Origin: Eubacteriales bacterium
GTDB lineage: Bacteria; Bacillota; Clostridia; Oscillospirales; CAG-272
Direction of reading: 5' to 3'
DNA length: 31,045 nt
Assembly (NCBI GenBank): GCA_045655045.1
Contig: JAZOON010000012.1
Coordinates: 1 to 31,045 of the forward strand
The translations under genes were made by a program, and so were the position numbers. A model generated the notes under the pieces. That model had not been told where the DNA came from and made no database searches. It saw only the letters and a list, made by a program, of their open reading frames with translations. Shown here piece after piece: positions 1 through 6,560 of the stretch; the stretch's first letter is position 1; every line of letters begins with the position of its first letter.

Positions 1-65
1 TAATTATTTATTATTCCTTCAATCCCCGCTCGGTAGACGACCGAGTCAAAACAAATGTTTAATAT

Positions 66-141
66 TCCTCCTTAGCTCAGTCGGTAGAGCGCATGACTGT
101 TAATCATGATGTCGCTGGTTCAAGCCCAGCAGGGGGAGCCA
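66..141 (+). tRNA. tRNA-Asn (anticodon GTT)
   Basis: 76-nt cloverleaf TCCTCCTTAGCTCAGTCGGTAGAGC...CATGA-CT-GTT-AA-TCATG...GGTTCAAGCCC...GGGGGAGCCA with encoded CCA. Confidence 0.97.
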
Positions 142-256
142 AAAGCCATTCAAGCTTATATGCACCTTTAGCTCAGTTGGTAGAGCAACTGACTCTTAAT
201 CAGTGGGTCCCGGGTTCGAATCCCTGAAGGTGCACCATCAACTTGAATGGCTTTTT
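140..256 (+). repeat. Direct repeat copy 1 (tRNA-Lys plus flanking inverted repeat)
   Basis: Matches 1252..1367 with two substitutions and one indel, all outside the tRNA. Confidence 0.95.
162..237 (+). tRNA. tRNA-Lys (anticodon CTT), copy 1
   Basis: 76 nt; acceptor stem GCACCTT/AAGGTGC, anticodon arm ACTGA-CT-CTT-AA-TCAGT, T-loop GGTTCGAATCC, CCA end. Confidence 0.97.
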
Positions 257-331
257 ATATGTTTTTTGCACCTTGAAGGATATCTCACACGGGAAGTTGC
301 TACGCAACCTTTTGTCCAATTTTATCCAAAT

Positions 332-475
332 TTGCTCTTTGGGCAAGTGAAATAGCTTTGCTGTGAAATATTTGCTTCGCAAATGTTAAATATTCGCTGG
401 TGCGAACGTGGGCAAAATTCATTTTACATCGAACGAAGTGAGATATTTCACAATGTGCTTTGCGCATTATTTCAC
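332..475. repeat. Structured palindromic element (nested GTGAAAT/ATTTCAC heptamers separated by small hairpins)
   Basis: GTGAAAT 347, GTGAAAT 363 and GTTAAAT 385 face ATTTTAC 421, ATTTCAC 445 and ATTTCAC 469. Hairpins lie at 332-346, 354-362, 370-384, 393-406 and 452-468. Confidence 0.7.
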
Positions 476-506
476 TGAATAATGGGTTTATGATATAATA
501 ACCGAA

Positions 507-535
507 TTGATATATTGCGCTTTTTATGCTATAAT
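507..535 (+). promoter_or_regulatory. Sigma-A promoter of the peptidase C26 gene
   Basis: TTGATA-17 bp-TATAAT with TG extended -10, 22 nt upstream of the ATG at 558. Confidence 0.7.
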
Positions 536-557
536 AACTCCAAGAGGTGAAGGATAA

Positions 558-1226
558 ATGAGAAATGTTAAAATATTGCTTTCGTGCGGCGTCAACTCCC
601 AAAATTATGTCGATGCGATCAGTGGATTGGGCGCAGAGGCAACGGCGAAGTATTTGCCGGCTATTGATACAAATTATGATGGTTTGATCCTTTGCGGTGG
701 AAACGATATTAATCCTGAACGTTATGCCGAAAAGTTAAACGGTGCTGTGGATATTGATTTTGAAAGAGATGAGGTAGAGTTCGCTTTGCTCAAAGCATAT
801 ATTGATGTCGGTAAGCCGATTTTGGGAATTTGCAGAGGGTGTCAGCTGATCAACGTGTTTTTTGGCGGATCTCTTTATCAAAATTTGCAGGAAGCGGATT
901 TGCACAAAAGAAAAAATAACACCGATATGGTTCATAGAGTTACGGCAATTTCGGATAGCATCGTAGGTGGGATATACGGAGAATCTTTTTTTGTGAACAG
1001 CGCACACCATCAGGCGGTCAAGGTATTGGGTGACGGTCTTCGCGCAAGTGCGGATTGGAATGGTCAATACGTTGAGGCAATTGAACATAATACATATCCG
1101 ATTTTCGGCGTTCAATGGCATCCGGAGAGAATGTGTTTTCGCAACAAAAGGGAAGACACTGTTTGCGGTGCGGATATTTTTACGTATTTTATTAATATGT
1201 GTCAAGCATACCGCAGAGATAAATAA
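558..1226 (+). CDS. Gamma-glutamyl-gamma-aminobutyrate hydrolase family protein (peptidase C26, class I glutamine amidotransferase-like)
   Basis: LILCGGNDINP, PILGICRGCQ (nucleophile Cys), VNSAHHQAV, GVQWHPE (His-Pro-Glu); RBS GAGGTGA/AGGA. Confidence 0.9.
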   Translation: MRNVKILLSCGVNSQNYVDAISGLGAEATAKYLPAIDTNYDGLILCGGNDINPERYAEKLNGAVDIDFERDEVEFALLKAYIDVGKPILGICRGCQLINVFFGGSLYQNLQEADLHKRKNNTDMVHRVTAISDSIVGGIYGESFFVNSAHHQAVKVLGDGLRASADWNGQYVEAIEHNTYPIFGVQWHPERMCFRNKREDTVCGADIFTYFINMCQAYRRDK

Positions 1227-1251
1227 AGGTTGTCATTTCGACCTATAAACA

Positions 1252-1367
1252 CAAAAGCCATTCAAGTTTATATGCACCTTTAGCTCAGTTGGTAGAGCAA
1301 CTGACTCTTAATCAGTGGGTCCCGGGTTCGAATCCCTGAAGGTGCACCATTACTTGAATGGCTTTTT
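1252..1367 (+). repeat. Direct repeat copy 2 (tRNA-Lys plus flanking inverted repeat)
   Basis: CAAAAGCCATTCAAGTTTATAT-tRNA-TTACTTGAATGGCTTTTT, matching 140..256. Confidence 0.95.
1274..1349 (+). tRNA. tRNA-Lys (anticodon CTT), copy 2
   Basis: Sequence identical to 162..237. Confidence 0.97.
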
Positions 1368-1387
1368 TCTATGCAGCAATATTTTTA

Positions 1388-1440
1388 GGTTCTATAATAA
1401 ACGTTTGAGAAAAACAACATTTATTATAGAACCCTTTTTT
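1388..1440 (+). terminator. Intrinsic terminator between tRNA-Lys copy 2 and the convergent EEP gene
   Basis: 14-bp perfect arms GGTTCTATAATAAA (1388-1401) / TTTATTATAGAACC (1420-1433) followed by CTTTTTT. Confidence 0.7.
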
Positions 1441-3175
1441 ATTTCAGTATAACGTCAGCGTAAATAGGGCAGTGGTCGGATGCGCTCATCAGTATCTTAT
1501 CAACGAGAGTGTTAAAATACGTAAATTTAACCTTTTCGTTGCCGAAGATATGGTCGAGGCTGTTTGCTGTTGCCGTGCTGACCTGAGCTCCGAGCTCGTG
1601 CCACGTCGAGCAATTACGGTTTATTTTTGTTGCTGAGTATTTTGCATCGGAAAAACCACCGTCTATTATAGACCAATAAGGCTTGTGCGCATTTTCCTTG
1701 TCTTTACCCTCGGTCGAGTTGAAGTCACCCGTAATCAGAACTGGGCAATCGTACTGCGATTCAAGCGAATCGGCTAAGGCTAACACTTCAAGTGCCTGAG
1801 CCGTACGGTACTCGAGACTTTGCTCTGCGTGAGACGGTGTGAAGTGGGTATTTACCTGAACGAATTTTTTGCCGCTTGCTGTATGCTCAAAATACGCCCA
1901 TGCGATGGTTTTCATATAGTGGTTATCCGACTCGACAAACTCTTCAACGCCGCTTTCAATAAGCTTTACGGTATCGGAATTATAGAGTATTGGAGTAAAG
2001 CAGGTTTTGCCGTATTTTTCGTGAGAGTAATTCTCGTGCTCCACGCATATGAGCTTGTACGGGGTGTTTTTAATGGCGTTCTTTATAGCGGAGTGCCAAT
2101 TTGAGGACGTTTCCTGAAAGCCGATAACGTCTGGCTTATAGCACAAGATCGTTGAAGCAACGGTCTTGTCTCTTCCGCTTACTGGGGGTGTGTCTGCCCA
2201 TATGTCAACGAGCAGATTGAAGGACATAACTCTGATATCCGAGCCTTCGGTAAAGGCTGCGCTGTCGGAGAAGGTGGACCTGTACGCGTTATCCGTGAGT
2301 GAAAATCCCTCCACGAAATTGAACGTGTCGGAATATACGCCCGACAGATAGTCGGATTTGAATACCTCGAGTGCTTTAAGGCTTGAGGTCTCGTCCTTTG
2401 CCGCAACGAGAAGGTCCTTATCCTTTACAGCTACCAAAAATTCGCCTATAGCGAGCTCCTGTGTAAGAGAGCATATATCTCGCTTTACGCTGCTTCCGAG
2501 GACTATCTCCTTGCCTTCCTTGGGCTTTGAATCGTAAATTACCTCAACGTCCTCGCCGCAGGTGTCCTTGATGAATTTCTTGATGCTGTTTGCGGCGGAG
2601 TACAGATTGTCGTCGCAGCAGACTATTTTGTAGTCAGCCCACGACTCGCCCTCGTCAACCATAAGAGCTTCCTCTGATTTAAAGTGATAGTTTCCTATGT
2701 ATTCAAGGCGACCGTCAGTCTCCTTTAATAGGTTTTCCTTAAGAAAATCCACAGCCTCCGTCAAACGCTCGGGGGTATGCGCGGCAATTACTATCATTCC
2801 GTCCACAGTCGTTATCTTGAAGTCATCGAAGCCGATAGAGGAGAGAGTGTCCTTGGACTGCGCGCGGCAGGTGTTTCCTATAAGTATTTCGTTGCTTGCC
2901 GTAGCGTTGTCCGATTCCTTAGCAACCGTTTGCTGAATTGAGAAGGAAGGACTGTGCGTAGCAACCGAATAAGAGCAGCTCGTATATACGGTCGTTGACT
3001 GTTGCGGTCTTGCTACCTTGTAGTAAACGCCTGATGCGTCGGCAATAACGATAGGCGTATCAAGAAGCTCAATTCCGTCGGAGTCAACGGTCGTATCCTC
3101 TTTTTTACATCCGACTAAAGCAAGCACTGCAAAAAGGAATACGAGCGATAGCGACAAAATTCTTTTAAAACTCAT
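1439..3175 (-). CDS. Lipoprotein with C-terminal endonuclease/exonuclease/phosphatase (EEP) domain
   Basis: Lipobox LVGC after a hydrophobic N-terminus; EEP motifs RVMSFNL, IGFQE, VNTH, TGDFN, LDHIF, SDHCP. Start overlaps the GDPD stop (ATGA). Confidence 0.85.
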   Translation of the reverse strand: MSFKRILSLSLVFLFAVLALVGCKKEDTTVDSDGIELLDTPIVIADASGVYYKVARPQQSTTVYTSCSYSVATHSPSFSIQQTVAKESDNATASNEILIGNTCRAQSKDTLSSIGFDDFKITTVDGMIVIAAHTPERLTEAVDFLKENLLKETDGRLEYIGNYHFKSEEALMVDEGESWADYKIVCCDDNLYSAANSIKKFIKDTCGEDVEVIYDSKPKEGKEIVLGSSVKRDICSLTQELAIGEFLVAVKDKDLLVAAKDETSSLKALEVFKSDYLSGVYSDTFNFVEGFSLTDNAYRSTFSDSAAFTEGSDIRVMSFNLLVDIWADTPPVSGRDKTVASTILCYKPDVIGFQETSSNWHSAIKNAIKNTPYKLICVEHENYSHEKYGKTCFTPILYNSDTVKLIESGVEEFVESDNHYMKTIAWAYFEHTASGKKFVQVNTHFTPSHAEQSLEYRTAQALEVLALADSLESQYDCPVLITGDFNSTEGKDKENAHKPYWSIIDGGFSDAKYSATKINRNCSTWHELGAQVSTATANSLDHIFGNEKVKFTYFNTLVDKILMSASDHCPIYADVILK

Positions 3176-3918
3176 TTGTCATTTCCTTCCTTTAATACTT
3201 TCATAAGCGGAACGGGGTCGTTTGCAGTTATGAGGTCCGCGCCCTTTTCGATACACAGCCTTACGTCCTCCTCGGTGTCAGCGCAGTACATATGCATAGG
3301 AAGTCCCTTGCTTGCGAATATGGGGAACACCTCGGATCTGACGATCGTCATACTCAATCCAATTTCGTCGTAATAGCGGTAGCCTTCCTCATGGTCAAAG
3401 TGCTTCATTTGGAAATCGGGATAGCCCATGGTTCTCGCGTTATATTTTGTTTTAAGATACTTTATCGTGGGCGCGTCAAAGGCGTAGAACCAGGAATTGT
3501 CAAAAAGACCGTATTCCTTAAGCATAGCGACGGTTATATCAACAGTTTCCTCGGTATAGTCCTTTATCTCGACACCGAGAGGCATATGGGGACGCTTTGA
3601 ATTCACAAGCTCGCAAAGCTCCTTGAGCGTGGGTACGCGAACGTCCTTGCCCACAAACTCATCTCCGAATTTGTCCGTAAAAGCTGCTTCAAGCTCCTTT
3701 ATTTCCGCAAGCGTCATATCCGAGAGCTTTCTGTCAACTCCACAGGTGCGCTTTGCGCTGCTGTCGTGCATAATAACGGGCACCTTGTCCTTGGAAAGTC
3801 TTACGTCAAACTCAAATGCGTCAACGCCGAGGTCGATAGCCGCTTCGTAAGAGATAAGCGTATTTTCGGGGTATTTTGCGCAATATCCTCTGTGTCCTTC
3901 AACAAAAATCTTTTTCAT
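3172..3918 (-). CDS. Glycerophosphodiester phosphodiesterase (GDPD family)
   Basis: GHRG..YPENTL, AFEFDVRLSKDKVPVIMHD, GVEIK, GADLITANDP. Start reassigned to ATG 3918 (MKKIFV) behind AAGGAG. Confidence 0.92.
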   Translation of the reverse strand: MKKIFVEGHRGYCAKYPENTLISYEAAIDLGVDAFEFDVRLSKDKVPVIMHDSSAKRTCGVDRKLSDMTLAEIKELEAAFTDKFGDEFVGKDVRVPTLKELCELVNSKRPHMPLGVEIKDYTEETVDITVAMLKEYGLFDNSWFYAFDAPTIKYLKTKYNARTMGYPDFQMKHFDHEEGYRYYDEIGLSMTIVRSEVFPIFASKGLPMHMYCADTEEDVRLCIEKGADLITANDPVPLMKVLKEGNDK

Positions 3919-3929
3919 AATATACTCCT

Positions 3930-6137
3930 TTAAAACATATATTTTCCTGCGCACAGCTCGTGCCTTTTTCCGTTTGGAAGAACGACTGATGCCGTGATGC
4001 CTTTGGGTACTGTAAATTCATAGCAAACGGTATCATCCTTATAATACCAGTTGCTTTCAAGCCGTCCATAGGGGGTGTCAACCGAGCAGTTGACAAATCC
4101 AAGACGCTTGTCGGGATAGGGAGCAAGCGTTACCTTGCGGTAGCCTGCCTCGTCAACCCTTATTCCCGCCGCTACGCCGTACAGCCAATCTCCAACCGAG
4201 CCGTAAGCGTAGTGATTAAACGAATTCATATCGGTACTCCAGAAGCTTCCGTCCTCCTTTATTCCGTTCCAATGCTCCCACATAGTCGTCGCGCCGTGAT
4301 TGACGGAATACAGCCATGAGGGATTTCCCTCGTTGAACAGAAGCTTATACGCAAGCTCGGTCTTGCCGTTGTCGGAAAGAGCGTGCATTATGTAAGGCGT
4401 GCCGATAAAGCCCGTAGACATACGTCCTCCGAACCCGTTTATAAGCTCCTCCAGCTTGTCAACAAGTCCTTGACGTTCGCTTTCTTCATAAAGACCGAAG
4501 CGGAGAATAAGAGAGATACCCGTTTGCGTAAGACCTTTTCTTATTCTGCCCTTCGAGCCCTCGGGCGGAGTTTGTTCAATGGGCAAGCCGTCCTTCATAA
4601 AGCGCTCGCGAAAAGCATTTACTATTCTTGGATAGAGAGATTTATAGAACTCTACGTCCTTGCCGATTATATCGCCTGCTTGAACGAGCAGCCTTGTGGA
4701 GTAAGCAAAGAACGCACTTCCGATAAAGTCGTAGGACGTCGCTCCCTCGTAGGTATCTCCGCCAGCATCCATACCGAGCCAGTCGCCAAAGTGCCAGCCG
4801 CCGAGCCACAGCTCCTCTACCTCGCCCTGCGAGCGCATATACTCAACCCAAGAGCGCATAAGCTCAAAGTTGTCCTCAAGTATCTTCTTATCTCCGTAAA
4901 GCTCGTAAAGCGTCCACGGGATTATAGTTGCCGCATCTCCCCAGCCTGCGGAGATACGGGAGTGAGCTCTTGCGTGCATTCCATTTATCTCGGGGCAAGT
5001 GCCGAATACCGCGCCGTCCTCGCGCTGTTCAAGTCGAAGGTCGGCAAGCCATTTGACGAAGAAGGCGCGTACGTCGTAATTTATTGCCGCCGTACGGCAG
5101 AACACCTGAGCGTCACCCGTCCAGCCAAGTCGCTCGTTTCTCTGAGGACAATCGGTTGGAATATCAAGGTAATTGCTTTTCTGTCCCCAGATTATATTGT
5201 GGTAGAGCTGATTTATTTTCTCGTTACCGCAGGTGAAGTAGCCCGTGCGTGTCATTTGAGAATGAACGACTATTGCGCGGAAGCCGTCCGTATCAACGGG
5301 CATATCGGGATATTCGTCTATACGGACGTACCTGAAGCCCTGAAAAGAGAACCTCGGCTTGAAGCTGTCCGCCTCGCCGCTTAAAATATAGGTGATCGTA
5401 TTCTTTGCCGCACGGTAGTTTTCATTATAGAAGTTGCCCTCGCTGTCAAGAACCTCTCCAAAGGAGAGGACGACCTTCTCGCCGCGGTTTCCCTTTATGT
5501 CAAGGGAAACGTAGCCCGTCATATTCTGACCGAAATCAAGGACGTTTTCTCCCTTGGGAGTAGTCAGGAGCGTGGGGGAAAGAATTTCCTGTTCCATAAT
5601 CGGCGCGCCCTCGTCGGGGACGAGATTATATTCCTCGCCGTTTTCCGTCGCGTAGCCCAAAAGGGAAGGGACGTGCGTTTTATCCACGGTCTCACCGTCG
5701 TAAATATCGGCGAAGGTGACCTCGTGGGTATATGCTTGCCAAGAGGTATCTGTGTAGATATTCTGTGTTTCTCCGTCCTCATACGCTATATGCAGATGCG
5801 CGTACGCCGCTATGTTGTCGGCGTAGAGCCGTCTGTTGCCGACGAATCCGAGATGACCTACCGCCCAGCCGTTTGCTACGGTGAGTGCAAGCTCACAGCC
5901 GTCAAAGAGAAGCTTACTTACGTCGTATTCCTGATACTGCACGCGGTTTTTATAGCTTGTAAATCCCGGGGTGAGGACCTGCTCGCCTATTTTTTTGCCG
6001 TTGACGGTCGCCTCGTACACACCCATTGATGATGCTTTGAGCGTAGCGGTGCTTATTTTTTTGGTCAATGAAATGTTTTTCTTAAAGGTTATTGCTTCCG
6101 CCTGTGTTTCACACGGCGGCTTTATCCAATGATTCAT
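3930..6137 (-). CDS. Alpha-L-rhamnosidase (GH78)
   Basis: DFGQN, FSFQGFRY, IPTDCPQRNERLGWTGDAQ, ATTMWEHWN, MNSFNHYAYGSV; no signal peptide. Confidence 0.93.
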   Translation of the reverse strand: MNHWIKPPCETQAEAITFKKNISLTKKISTATLKASSMGVYEATVNGKKIGEQVLTPGFTSYKNRVQYQEYDVSKLLFDGCELALTVANGWAVGHLGFVGNRRLYADNIAAYAHLHIAYEDGETQNIYTDTSWQAYTHEVTFADIYDGETVDKTHVPSLLGYATENGEEYNLVPDEGAPIMEQEILSPTLLTTPKGENVLDFGQNMTGYVSLDIKGNRGEKVVLSFGEVLDSEGNFYNENYRAAKNTITYILSGEADSFKPRFSFQGFRYVRIDEYPDMPVDTDGFRAIVVHSQMTRTGYFTCGNEKINQLYHNIIWGQKSNYLDIPTDCPQRNERLGWTGDAQVFCRTAAINYDVRAFFVKWLADLRLEQREDGAVFGTCPEINGMHARAHSRISAGWGDAATIIPWTLYELYGDKKILEDNFELMRSWVEYMRSQGEVEELWLGGWHFGDWLGMDAGGDTYEGATSYDFIGSAFFAYSTRLLVQAGDIIGKDVEFYKSLYPRIVNAFRERFMKDGLPIEQTPPEGSKGRIRKGLTQTGISLILRFGLYEESERQGLVDKLEELINGFGGRMSTGFIGTPYIMHALSDNGKTELAYKLLFNEGNPSWLYSVNHGATTMWEHWNGIKEDGSFWSTDMNSFNHYAYGSVGDWLYGVAAGIRVDEAGYRKVTLAPYPDKRLGFVNCSVDTPYGRLESNWYYKDDTVCYEFTVPKGITASVVLPNGKRHELCAGKYMF

Positions 6138-6161
6138 AAATCAGACTCCTGAGTTTTTTAT

Positions 6162-6191
6162 ATTTTATCACGGAACGCTTGTTTTTTTCAA
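6162..6191 (-). promoter_or_regulatory. Putative sigma-A promoter of the GH78-GDPD-EEP operon
   Basis: TTGAAA-18 bp-TAAAAT with TG extension on the minus strand, upstream of RBS GGAG and ATG 6137. Confidence 0.5.
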
Positions 6192-6373
6192 TACTTGTTT
6201 AAAAATTATATATAATCGTTTTATAAAAACGCGGTTTTCAAAATTAATAAAGCTTAGTCCAGAATTTTTCCTCGGACAAAGAGAGCAGAGATGTCTGCTC
6301 GATAGGCTCTATCGCTGCCTCGGGCGTCAAATAAAGTTTTTTATCCATAATAATTATCCTTACTTTAAAGGGT

Positions 6374-6401
6374 AGGGGGAGGCGGTAATCCGCCGCCCCC
6401 T
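6374..6401 (-). terminator. GC-rich stem-loop after the small ORF (terminator or stabilising hairpin)
   Basis: AGGGGG-A-GGCGG-TAAT-CCGCC-G-CCCCCT, 11 of 12 pairs; only a short T-run follows on the minus strand. Confidence 0.5.
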
Positions 6402-6407
6402 GCGTGT

Positions 6408-6542
6408 TTATATCCCTTGTTCCTTTTTGCTTCCGTCGAACGGATCTGAGAAAAGGTTATCAAGCAGATTCGACGTTGCGATAACGTCATTGGTTGAAAG
6501 GTTTATTTTCTCCATAGCAGGAGAGTTATAATAGTTTTTCAT
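6408..6542 (-). CDS. 44-aa small protein MKNYYNSPAMEKINLSTNDVIATSNLLDNLFSDPFDGSKKEQGI (not in the ORF track)
   Basis: Strong RBS GGAGGTG just upstream of the ATG; starts 18 nt after the stop of the 1633-aa gene and ends 6 nt before a GC hairpin. Confidence 0.75.
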   Translation of the reverse strand: MKNYYNSPAMEKINLSTNDVIATSNLLDNLFSDPFDGSKKEQGI

Positions 6543-6560
6543 TTTTTAACACCTCCTGAA

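Noticed and set aside
267-279. TGCACCTTGAAGG resembling a collapsed tRNA-Lys (5' end fused to 3' end)
   Set aside because: Only 13 bp and the match stops before TGCACCA, so it cannot be distinguished from chance.
300-602. 100-aa minus-strand ORF (and 200..382)
   Set aside because: These read through the palindromic element, tRNA and promoter, overlap the C26 start antisense and have no RBS or protein motif.
5136-5165. GH78 motif reads QRNER rather than QRDER (possible inactive enzyme)
   Set aside because: The putative catalytic acid Glu (ER), the following GWTGD Asp and the base Glu in TMWEHW are intact.
4383-5384. 333-aa plus-strand ORF
   Set aside because: Antisense shadow of GH78 with no RBS or motif.
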